A DNA stretch of 63,557 bases, filler included, from Bigelowiella natans CCMP2755 (lineage: Eukaryota > Protista > Cercozoa), in NCBI GenBank assembly GCA_000320545.1. It is 5 parts of 5 records of this genome, joined end to end, with 100 filler letters (N's around TTAATTAATTAA, not from the genome) between each part and the next. Parts side by side here need not be neighbours in the genome. Positions count along the whole stretch, not along the records: positions 1 to 11,702 come from ADNK01000022.1; positions 11,803 to 40,076 come from ADNK01002397.1; 3 more parts are not named here. One strand, written 5' to 3'. The first letter of the stretch is position 1. The number at the start of each line of letters is the position of its first letter. Positions 1 through 27,870 of this stretch are shown piece after piece. A model generated the notes under the pieces. That model did no database searches and had not been told where the DNA came from. It saw only the letters and a list, made by a program, of their open reading frames with translations. The position numbers and the translations under genes are program-made.

Positions 1-612
1 GCCACCATGCATCCACGCACGAACAAGTATATGAATCTGTTGCGGACGATGTTACATGGCGACGCTTTCTGCACCATCCTCAGCATCATCGTCATCATCG
101 TCTTCATCATCACCATCACCGCTATCATCGCATCTTTGTTGTCTCTCTGCTTCGGCGCGCAGAACATCCACAACATTCGCCAGCACCAACGCCTCCTCCT
201 CCTCCTCCTCCTCCTCCTCCTCCTCCTCCTGCTGCTGCTTAATTGCTCACCCTGACAGAGGGCGTGAATCCATACACGATAGCATTTAGCGTGCCTTGGC
301 TGCTCATGCCGATGGTGTGGACGATGACCAGCTCATAGACAGGAGGGCCAAAGATTTGCTGTATACGGCTGATAGTGCCAAACGCGTAGCAGACGACGAG
401 GACCAGCGGGTAGTAGATCATGCGTTGGAGCTGTCGAATGTTATCGATGTTCTGCGCGCCTAATCAGAGAGACAACAAAGATGCGATGATAGCGATGATG
501 GTGATGATGAAGACGATGATGACGATGATACTGAGAATGGTGCAGAAAGCGTCGCCATGTAACATCTTCGCATACAGATTCACATACTTGTTCGTGCGTG
601 CATGCATGGTCC
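1..612. repeat. Imperfect inverted duplication (about 1-192 vs 421-612)
   Basis: Bases 1-192 match the reverse complement of 421-612 with scattered substitutions, mostly to C. The copy sits where the GPCR 3' end should be. Confidence 0.9.
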
Positions 613-2428
613 CTCTACACATCCTCTCCTCCACTAATATGTTTTGTTGTTTCTTTATCTCATTTGGTGCGAACCAGCCTGAATCGCTTCCTCAAGAGCC
701 TTGTTGACGTTGTAGTACACCACCAGGTTGTAGATGGCAGCTCCCCACAATGGAATGTAAAAACATATGAATCTCCATGCCGTCCCCTGGTAGAGAATAG
801 TTATTGCATTTCCAGCAATCACCAACAACGAGTGAGTCAGCAGAAATACAAGGATAATTCAAAAATGCACGCACTGTTCAGGCTATTAGGTAGGGGAGGA
901 GGGGGGGCGAGGAGGGGAGGCGAAAGTAGGAGAAAGCAGAAGTAAGAATATCGAATCTTTACTATATCTAAATTGTACTTAAACAAGCAATTGCTATGGT
1001 TCTGCCCTCCTCCTCCTCCTCCTCCTCCTCCTCCTCCTCCTCAAAATTCTTTTCGTTCTAAAAATATGATCATCGATACCGCTTCCTTGTTATGAGTCAC
1101 GTCGATCCAACACCATCCGGTGGACGGCCCATAGTTGCCTGAGAGATGTGCAAATAATCACATTAAAGACCATGCTGCTACTACTGGTGTTCGCCATCCT
1201 TAGTAGACGCGCTCATTATTGATTATCTTATCAGACAAGAGGGTGATACGGTGATTTTGCGATCTCATGACATTGCAACCTGTCGTAGCCGGAAGAATTG
1301 TCAAGAGCGTGGAAACTCCCCATACGGTGAAGTGAAGTATCTTTTTCAGCTGCGGGCAGGTAAGTACACAACACCACAGAGAGTACATTGTTGTCATCAC
1401 TTAATCGCACAGAGAGGGACCTCTATTCACTCGCACCGAGGTCGGTCGCTGCTATCGGCTGGCAAATGAGTGATGGCAGCAGCTCACTCATCATGGCTGC
1501 TGCTCACGACTACTACCTGGATTGCATCACCCACTTGATGTCCCTTCAGATACACACGATCGACAGTGAATGCAATGGCGCACGTCCAAAAAGCCGACGA
1601 AAGCCCGAAGAATTGGATGAACACAGCTTGAGTGTAGCATGCCCCGCTGCCGTCTGGTGGGTTTCCGATGGCGTTTCCAATGGAGAACATAATGTCCGAG
1701 GCGGAGATCCATACCACCAGCTGAAAAACGAAGCTCCGTAGCTGGAAGCGCGAGAGAGAGGGGGAGAGAGATAAAGCAGAAAGAGAAAGGGGCACAGATA
1801 GAAAGCACGAAGTACAACAGAGTGTTGAAGAGGACGGTGAGATTACGCCTTTGTTCTTCATACTAACTTGACTAAGCTGCTCAAATGGAGGTGTGTGCGT
1901 GCGTGCGTCCGTGCGTGTGTGCCTGTGTGTAATACCTCAGGGTGCCGCAGGTAAGTCCCAACAATGAAGGATGACCTAAAAGGAAAACGCAAAGGTAATA
2001 TGCAACAATTTAGAGGCACTGCATAAAAACGTATGGACATGCAATTGTTCTTTGTAGGTATTGCAGTTAGAGTTCAAAGCCTCGTCGACTCTCCCCCCCC
2101 CTTTCTCTCTAGTGTCTGGATACGTACACTCATGTTTATCATTTTATGCACGTGTAAATGAGTAATGTCTCCTTACCCGAAGAAAGAGATCGCAGAGAAG
2201 ATGATGGACACGATGACGATATTTGTCTCTTGCTACTCGATGCGTCGGAGCAGCAAACACACAATATGCAGCAGTCGTCTCACATTGTGGATCATATGCA
2301 TCAATAATTTAAAATAAAACTGCAATATTCACCTTGTACGTAAAATTGTCATCAGTGTCGGCTTGAGCCTTGGGCATCAAACACGCGAATAAGAACGCTA
2401 AGCAAAGGATCCCTTGTGAAAACTTCAT
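251..2428 (-). CDS. GCR1: GCR1 / Dictyostelium cAMP-receptor-like 7TM GPCR, multi-exon, last exon missing
   Basis: Spliced exons: signal-peptide-like MKFSQGILCLAFLFACLMPKAQA (ATG 2428), ...IVSIIFSAISFFGSSFIVGTYLRHPE, LRSFVFQLVVWISASDIMFSIG...CYTQAVFIQFFGLSSAFWTCAIAFT, NYGPSTGWCWI, WRFICFYIPLW, YYPLVLVVCY...SQGTLNAIVYGFTPSVR. These are the characteristic GCR1/CAR family motifs, with GT-AG borders. Confidence 0.9.
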
Positions 2429-2920
2429 GATGGAATCGTCAATCAGTTCCTGATCAATACGATTTACAATTTAATCTCTAGTGTGAGTAGAAGGGTATCT
2501 ACTTCTTAATGAATAGACGGGCTTAATTTCAGGTTTTGATGAAGTGGAATAGATGATAGGAAGGGCCTTCGGAATGTAGAATTGGGGGAAAGGAAGGTGG
2601 CAATGATAAACTAGTTGTCCTTTGATCAGCGTCAACCAAATTCAGACCAAGAGAAATTCTCCCGAAAACCACATGTTATGCAAATCCACGAGCTCGAGCA
2701 AGTTGCTAAAAGCAGGAAGAACCTCTTGATTCTGGAGGGGGGCAGTCGGAGAGGGGAATCGCACAGGAAGTTAAAACAGCCTTTGGATCTACTACTACCT
2801 TCGATCCAAATGACCTGATACGACAATCTTCAACCCATGTCGCACCTGTAAATACCATAGATTTTCGTTTCTTTCCCTCTCGCTTTTTGTAAGGAGGTTT
2901 ACACACCAGCCTGGACACAG

Positions 2921-3010
2921 GAAATCCTGGAAATCCTACAGAAATGCTACGAAATCCTAAGAAACCGATTGGGTTTCTTCTCTGCGACATAAGAAATATC
3001 TCGAGATATT
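2921..3010. promoter_or_regulatory. Candidate bidirectional-promoter motif cluster
   Basis: Five GAAAT(C/G)CT-like copies at 2921, 2930, 2941, 2951 and 2961, plus a perfect 16-bp palindrome AATATCTCGAGATATT at 2995-3010, between the divergent GPCR and SNF2 genes. Confidence 0.35.
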
Positions 3011-3269
3011 GTGAGTTGCAACAGTCGATACTCGCACTGCTTGCTGCTGCTACTGCCGCTACCTGCTGCTACTACCTGAGAGCACCGTTTCTTTTTGTGC
3101 CATCTCTCTGTCATATTCCATCTGTCCATCTATCTATCTACAACCGGCAAATATCCTAAATTTATTGCCCAGATATCATACTGCCAGGAGAAAGCGCGGG
3201 AAAACGGAAACACCGACGCGTCTGGATGGACAAGGGGGTGGGGGGGTTGGGTAGACTCTAGCAGTCCAA

Positions 3270-10676
<7,407 letters not shown>

Positions 10677-10779
10677 CCGAGTCTATCGCAAGTGCTTCAA
10701 TTTCTTGAAGTAGTGTAATTTGTCGGCCAATAAATTCTGCACAATGAATGTCATTGAATCTTTTGAAAAGGAAACTTGT

Positions 10780-11702
10780 TAGTCTTCTTGCGCATGTCTG
10801 CTGATGTGCTGTTGTCGCAAATGACGCTGCTTGTTGCGAACAGTGTGTGGCCGAAGCTATTATTACATTTGAAATCGCAACGTCATTGCTGGCGTGACGG
10901 AGACCCTGCGAGCCTGTGTCTTCCATGCAAATGACTTCAACATCGGGGATGCATTGGCTCCGCGCATTCCGAATGTAAGATATAAAAGACTAGAGGAGCA
11001 AGCCCATCTAGCCATCGTGTCCTCAATTTTGCGTGTGCATCGCAACAAAACAGCTGTGACTGTGGACACACGCTGCCAATCTAGCAATCTAGGAATGATG
11101 GATGCCGAAGTAGATGCAATGACGTGCTTTGCCACGCTTCCAAGAGAAAGTTTACAATGAGAGCGCTGGCTGGACACTGCGCTTGTTCTGGTGCATGTTG
11201 CTGATCCGTGCACCTAGCTAGCTAGTTGCAGCTAGGCACGTCCAAAATCCTCACTTGCAGGTTGAAGTTGACGACACAGAAGAGGTGTTTCGATGCTATG
11301 AAGCGTCTTTTTGAGGCACATCTAGTAGTATGAGCAGTGCCAATGGCACACCTTGTTGCAGCGTTGAAGTGAGGACGAACCTCAAGACCTTGAACCTTGC
11401 AAGCTTGTGGGTGGACGTGGATGAGTCAGCACGTCTTGTGATCCTTTTGAATCAACCATTGAAATGCTTCATCGTTCATTCATTGATTCAGCTCGACACA
11501 GATCGACCGTCACGCGTTGTTTGTGGCGCTGCCTGCATGCGTTCATTGCAGCGTGCGAGGCAAGCCAGCAAGCGCTTGCAACGTTCATTCCTGGCGGCTA
11601 GCTAGACGGTCTAGCGGTGCGGTCGCACGTGTGGTTTTGGTAGCAATGAAAGTTCATTGGTCCAATGTTCAATGCGAAGGCATCAGCAGGATGGCTGACT
11701 GC
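10780..11702. other. CTAG/TGCA-rich island downstream of the SNF2 gene
   Basis: (CTAG)3 at 11214-11225 and CTAGCTAGACGGTCTAG at 11598-11614; dense TGCA/CATG; no microsatellites. Confidence 0.55.
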
Positions 11703-11802
11703 NNNNNNNNNNNNNNNNNNNNNNNNNNNNNNNNNNNNNNNNNNNNTTAATTAATTAANNNNNNNNNNNNNNNNNNNNNNNNNNNNNNNNNNNNNNNNNN
11801 NN
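11703..11802. other. Artificial assembly linker (N-TTAATTAATTAA-N)
   Basis: 100-bp N run with a central six-frame stop linker. Confidence 0.97.
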
Positions 11803-11921
11803 CACGCGTTCGCCCCTGCTCTCTCCCCCCCTCTCTCTCCCTCTCCCCCTCGCGCGCGCGCATGAGAGCGTGCCTCTGTTCAATAACAACCCTTTTATAC
11901 CCCTCCAACACTCTCCCCCAC

Positions 11922-11972
<51 letters not shown>

Positions 11973-12195
11973 AGTAATAAGTAAATGACGAATTAGATGG
12001 ATGTCTTTGCACTGAGAGCACACATTCTCTTCTGCCCGCAAATGGGGTAAAGTCACAAGGGAAAGAGTATTGAAGACTAGCACACATTTGGCATTAAAAT
12101 GCATCTTGGAGAGCAAGACTACGACCAGAATTCATCGTAATCTTCTTCGGCGTACACTCAACCCAACGCATATCATCATCGTCCTCATCATCATT

Positions 12196-12228
<33 letters not shown>

Positions 12229-12250
12229 GTGTTTGCCCCTTCTTCCTCAC

Positions 12251-21904
<9,654 letters not shown>

Positions 21905-21967
21905 GTAAAAAAATAATCATCAGCAATATTCAATGCAGGAAAACTTATTGTCGGAAAAGTTGGAATG

Positions 21968-24140
21968 CATGAACCCTCGCCTGGTTGGTACACACAACTA
22001 CAAGGGTTTGCAAGCAAAGAAGACATCTTCCTATGACCTTTGTCTGTGGAGCCTTTCTTCTCTATGCTCTTCTTCTCTCCATCACCTACTTCACGACAGA
22101 ACACAGCAATCAGCGGGATCATGTTAAATCGACACTCGCACATCTTTTTTTGCATAAAGCCTTTACTCAAAAACAATGCCTACATACCCTTGACGTCGGC
22201 AGCACCCTGAAGATTTATCATAATACTTTGGGCTGATGGAACAGCTTCGTTGATGGTTGACGGTAAAGGCGCTTCTCCAATGCCCTCATTCGTAGATAAA
22301 GATGGCATTGGCGCAGCTATGATGTCACTCACATCATCCCCAATTTCAGATGCAGGTGGGAGAGGAGCGTCTCCAATTTCAGATGCAGGTGGGAGAGGGG
22401 CGTCTCCAATTTCAGATGCAGGTGGGAGAGGGGCGTCTCCAATTTCAGATGCAGGTGGGAGAGGATCCTCCCCAATTTCAGACGCAGGTGGGAGAGGGGC
22501 GTCTCCAATTTCAGATACAGCAACTTCAGACCCCTACAGATGATATAGCACAAGCGATGAACATCCGAAATTAGAGTTTATACAAATCATGTGATGGTTG
22601 GTGAGGAAAAACAAAGCGGAGGCGGAGGAAGTTAACGCACGATTAGATGCAGATGCAGAAATAATGTTTGCTGTTAAATTGTCTCTCTCCTTCTCCATCT
22701 CCTTGAAGGAGGAGAGATGAATCGTAACAAGTAGCGAAACACGCATATAATTAGGAAGGAAACTCAACGCTGCCCAGGGCCTTCATACTTAAATCTTACC
22801 TCGTTATAATCTTCTAGGGAAGTAGGAAGGGGTGGAGGTGCATCTGGAACTCCAACAAACTAATTGTGTACGAAACATTTTCAACGTTAAGATTGCAATG
22901 CACACGTATGTATAAAAAATATATGTGTACACTGCGAAGAATTTTAAACTGCAAGCCTCTTTCTTATTGTGAACTTACATCTCCGGAAGCTGGCAGACGC
23001 GCGTTCCTTTGAGCAAATGGCTTTGGAGGGGGTGGGGGGGGGGATCGTGAAGGCATCTGTATCACCACAGCAACCTCTCCTCTCCTGCTTTGACCCTACA
23101 ACTGGAAATTATAGAGGAAGATAGATTGATGCTAGCACGATACCAAGGGTGTGATATCATCATCGGGAAAGTGTTCGACAGGTCCAAACAATCTAAAAAA
23201 TTTATATGCGTTCGAGGCTCCCAAAATCTCTTCTTCCGGGCAACGATCTAGACAGACGCATCAGGAACACAAGCCATGTGTTCTTCCCCGAGAACACCGT
23301 GCTCCAAGCGAAATGATGTGAAATTGGAAAGAAGGGCTTTTTATTTACAAGGAATCAAGAAAATACGCAAGCTATTGACTCAATGGTCGTCGCATAAGGG
23401 AAACTAGACTAGGATGCTACAGCGCTCACAGAGGCTGGATGCAAAGCCTTTCTCAACGTTGATGGACAGCTGTTGGATTTTGGGATGAGATATCTTCAAA
23501 ATCACTTCTATTTATTATGTGCGACAAAGTCGAAACATTAAAAAATCATGCTTGATTCCCTTTCCGTCTCGACATCCTTGATTCCCGTCATGAAATCTGA
23601 TGAGTGTGTTGGGTCGGAGAGAAGACCTAGGAAATTCGACTCGTTTTGGAAGGAACTCCGTCGAAGTTCAGATTTCTTTTGTTCGGAAAACTTGATTCTA
23701 ACCTGCACCATACCGTTGCTTTTGGAGCCGAAGAAATTTGTTCTACTCGAAACATCGATCTATGTCTCTGCACGCAGCATCAATCTTCAACTGATGTCGC
23801 TTTTGACCCCCCTTTTATACATAGAAAACGCTCCGATACCATGTCGCAATCACAAAACCTTATTAGGTTGACGGGAAAACGTAGCAGAAGGTATATCTGT
23901 TTTGATAGTCGGTAAAATAGGATGCGACAATAATATTTTCTTGTCGCTATTATGAAACATGACACTTTTAGCTGTTTGGATTGTCGATTCGGAAGCCATT
24001 TTTCTCCACAACCACGCAACCATTCAGCCCAACCTTCTGTACCACCCTCCCCTCTCAAGAGCGTAGGTGAGCTTGCCAGCACTCATTTTCCTCCCATGTT
24101 GATAAATTGTTCATCGCCTCTTTCTTCCTCGAAAAACGAG
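21968..24140 (+). CDS. Hypothetical gene(s), possibly a membrane-anchored protein with an 11-aa repeat; structure unresolved
   Basis: Hydrophobic segment TFVCGAFLLYALLLSITYF, a repeat exon (SPISDAGGRGA)n, and several plausible GT-AG exons downstream. No recognisable domain. Confidence 0.3.
22340..22517 (+). repeat. 33-bp tandem repeat, about 5.4 copies
   Basis: Unit CCAATTTCAGATGCAGGTGGGAGAGGGGCGTCT starting at 22340, 22373, 22406, 22439, 22472, with a partial copy at 22505. Confidence 0.97.
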
Positions 24141-24495
24141 TAGCAGCACCTAGTGATAGACAGAGGACAAAATGAATTCTAAGCACCAGCAAAATGTACT
24201 ACTTCTGCTGCGTTTTCTGGGTTTGGATTGGTGGGGTTTGGCCAGGAGGGTCGTATACTGAGAATGGTTGAAGGATTTCAAATGAATTTCTTTGGGATTA
24301 ATATCTACAAGATTTTTTGCGCTTCATATACACTACCAATATATTTTACCTCGCGAGATATGGAAAACAGACCGATTATCTGTCTGTGGTTAGGTACCGG
24401 AACTGAGGATTTTCGAAATCAATAAGATCTAAACATTTGCAGCATCCTATCGTTTCCTTGATTCTGCAAGCGCGAGCTACGTCAACGTGCTGCCG

Positions 24496-24645
24496 ATGCG
24501 TCATGGACTACGCTTCACTCAGTGTGTTATTGTGTCGATAGCCGTTGCCATACTAATCAGTTTTAGAACATTGAGCCACCTGGGATCGATCCAAAGTAAT
24601 ATTGATAGTTTACAGCACCAATAGTCAGTAATATGGCCTAATACA

Positions 24646-24688
<43 letters not shown>

Positions 24689-24705
24689 TGAGCGTGAGTG
24701 TGAGT

Positions 24706-24745
<40 letters not shown>

Positions 24746-26314
24746 TATGCGAAAGAAATCGCGTCAAATCGGTTATTTATGTGAGGGTTTCGATTGTTGA
24801 TGATTTAGTTACCCAAAGGTTGAACCGTCTATATCACACTTTTAGGGACATATACCCCAGCTTCTCGCACCCGCAAGCTAGATCCATGTCGTTCGGCTAT
24901 TCCTTCTCGCTTAGCTTCTCGCTTCTCAACTAGAAGATCGCTGACGGAGCCTGTAGCACATGGCAGGAAAGGGGTGCACTCCCCCAACTGGTCGCCGCGG
25001 CAGCTGTCTTCGATCAAGCTTTATGCTATAGACACCGCACACCGTTCTGATTCTTCTCCAGTCTCCGACGATAACAAGAGGAGTAACAGTGGAAGTAGTA
25101 ATAGTAGTAGTAGTGGTAGTGGCACGGATTCCACCTCCCCGTCCTCCTTAGCTGCTGAGTACAGCAGTCCGGACCATCATCACCCGTTGGAAAACCCCAC
25201 AAGCAGCAGCAGCAGCAGCAGCATCAACGGAAACATGGCACTTGGCAGCGCTACAGAGCACCATGGATGGTGGGATGGAGGGGACATGCCGCAAGAAGAT
25301 AGAGCCCAGTGGCTTAGCATCTTAGAAGACAGATTCTCCGCCGCCGATATGGACGGCGATGGGTGGTTGAGCGTGGAGGAGCTTCGCAACGTGCTCGAGT
25401 GCACCGATCAGTTCTGCTTGTCGCGGCACTGGCTTCCCCTGGAGCAAGCGGCGCTCGTGATGCGGAAGTATGACAAAGAGCACAACGGGAAGCTGTCCTT
25501 CGACGAATTTGTCGGGTTGGCTGATGACCACCAACTTCTCATGGGAGTCCTCGATGACTATCTAGAGGCGTTCCAGGCCATTGATTCCGACGGTAGCGGC
25601 CGCATCGAGCGCTCCGAGCTGCGGGGCGTCCTCGAGGCGACGCTGGGGAGCGACGCCGACAACACCGAGCGCATCGAGCGGATCATGGACGATGTGTTCT
25701 CCAAGGCGAACCTCAGCGGCGACTACGACACGATTTGCTTCTCGGAGTTCCTGGAGCTGATTCGGAGTCACACCGTGGACTTGCAGATGGTCCTTGACTA
25801 CATGAAGCTGAAGCCGCTGTCGGAGGTGCAACTCGCTGCTGAGAGAGAGCTCAGGCGCGAGAGGATTGGCGACGGCATGGCGCAATCGCTGATGGGCGAG
25901 GTAGAGGAGTCCCCGGAGCTCACAGCGGGGGAAGTTGTCAGCGTGCATTCCTACGGCCAGCTGCAATCTGTGATCAAGGAAAACCCCGTTGTGATGCTGA
26001 TGGTCACCTTCAAGTGGTGCCGGCCTTGTAAGATGTTCGCGAAGAAGTACCGAGATTTCGCCGCTCAGTTTCCCTCCGCCGTCCTTCTCAAGGTGATGGG
26101 CGATGAGAGCGAGGTCTCGAAGGCGATGCTGAAACGCCTGAACGTGAAGCTCTCTCCTACCTTTGTTCTCTGGCAGGGGGGGGAGCGCGTGGGGTCACAC
26201 AGTGGCGCTAATGAAGCCAAGGTTCGGCAGATGCTAGTAGCAGCAACCACAGCTTCTCCTCCAGAAGCTGAAGGAGATCCCAATGCAAACGCAAGGCCTA
26301 CCGTCAAAATATAG
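24496..26314 (+). CDS. CRX: Calredoxin (EF-hand/calmodulin domain + thioredoxin WCRPC) with signal peptide + transit-peptide-like leader; exons 24496-24595 and 24846-26314
   Basis: EF loops DMDGDGWLSVEE, DKEHNGKLSFDE, DSDGSGRIERSE and a degenerate fourth loop; a RHWLP segment; Trx FKWCRPCK. This is the architecture of Chlamydomonas calredoxin. Exon 1 MRHGLRFTQCVIVSIAVAILISFRTLSHLGSIQ joins in phase 1 to an R/S-rich RTYTPASRTRKLDPCRSAIPSRLASRFSTRRS. Confidence 0.92.
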
Positions 26315-26779
26315 GTATCGATCGAAGTCACCTTCCACGATCAGCTCACCCATAGTCTCCCCCCCACCCATGCATGCATGCGCCCAATTAAAGGCGTGTA
26401 AGAAACGGTCGTCGCAGTTCATGATTGGAGTTGTAGCAACTGTTCTGTTTATATGAAATGTCTGGTCTCTCCGCGTCTCTCCACTTCCTCCACCCTACCG
26501 GATATCTAGAAAGTATAATAGGCGAGCATAGCCCAAATAACCCTCTCGGAAAAGACTCACACTATCTACATCAACTCAACTCCTCGTCGTTGCTTCCATG
26601 ATCATCGCGGGATTGGATCGAAACACTAGAAATCTAAAGTACACATCGCATATGGTGGCAATAATGCTCGGGTTTCTAGCCAGGGTAGTCGTCGTCGCCA
26701 CCGAATCTATCGGACGATATTGTTATTATTGTCAATACTATTATTATTACTATTATTATCATTAGCAGAAGATCACAAA

Positions 26780-27720
26780 TGTAGGTACGCACAACGCGTG
26801 ATGCACAGAAAGTAGGCATTTGCCAGCTTGGGGATTAAAAGCACTAGAGCAAATAGACGTGCTAATTTTCCTTCATTGCACTTTCCTTCATTGCACTTCA
26901 CCATTGTTCGTTCTTCTGCACAACGTTGTGTTTGTCTGCAATCACTACGTCAACATCAAAAATTTTGTCCATTGTTGCACCCAAAAAAGTCACAATTACT
27001 AGAATTACATGCGCATAGCCGCTCCTCGTTGTGTGCATGTGCATTGATGTCAGCATGTGACGAAGAGGTAAGTGCCATCTCTAGATCGTTCGTCATCGTT
27101 AGTCTAGTAGTTCTTGAGTTGCATGGGCACGGCTAGACGGCTCATTGCGCGTGATTCTCGACTCATCTTTACACGTACACGATGTGACAACTATATATAG
27201 CGGTCTTGACAACCCTAGAACCGTCCATCTGTGTGCGTCTCTGCTGGCGCATTGTTTGAACAACTGTGCGCACACACACCGCGTTCGCACTGCTTGCATG
27301 TAGCATGGTGTGCGCTGGTGCGAAGTGCAAGCACGGCTAGATGGCTTGTTCGATCTCACAATGAGACTGGCCGCTGGTGTCGGCGCAGTGGCACTTCCAT
27401 CTGAAAAGCCACAGCTCACAATCTAGCGCAATAGCGCGCTGACTTATACGGCGCTACATGATGCGTTACACGTGCAGGCTACTTTTATACGAACTGTTTC
27501 GCATTGTGCCACCATTACATGGCCACGCATGCCATGCGCGGAGACGTAGATACGGTTTATTTGTTGCTACTGAGGTATAGCTACATAGGTGTGGAGCGAC
27601 TAGCCATAACCGTCCATGAACGTCCTGATTGCTGAAACCTTGGAGCACTGACTTGCTTCGATAGTCTTTTTTAGCACATTGTGTACTGTAGTAGATTTGC
27701 TGAGTCTACTGCTAGAGAAT
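26780..27720. other. CTAG/TGCA-rich island between convergent calredoxin and USP genes
   Basis: GCACGGCTAGA(C/T)GGCT at 27127 and 27331; dense TGCA/CATG/GCGC; no long microsatellites. Confidence 0.55.
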
Positions 27721-27870
27721 GTGAGGGAAGCTGGTAAGGACCAGCTCTTGATTTCTGAGATGAGGCTCACACCACTCAAGCCATGTTTTACGAGCAATCC
27801 CGTAAACACTCTCTTCTCGTCGGGCTTGAGATACTTAAGTAGGGTTTGAGCACCTATTTTCATCTAGCAG

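Noticed and set aside
10894-11605. ORFs of 88-116 aa within the island downstream of DDM1 as transposon genes
   Set aside because: No transposase, RT or integrase motifs, and no terminal repeats recognised.
11703-11802. TTAATTAATTAA motif recurring four times
   Set aside because: It is always centred in a 100-bp N run, so it is an artificial six-frame-stop linker. Adjacency across these gaps is not trustworthy.
22340-22517. CRISPR-like 33-bp periodic array
   Set aside because: The units are contiguous with no unique spacers, there are no cas genes, and the context is eukaryotic.
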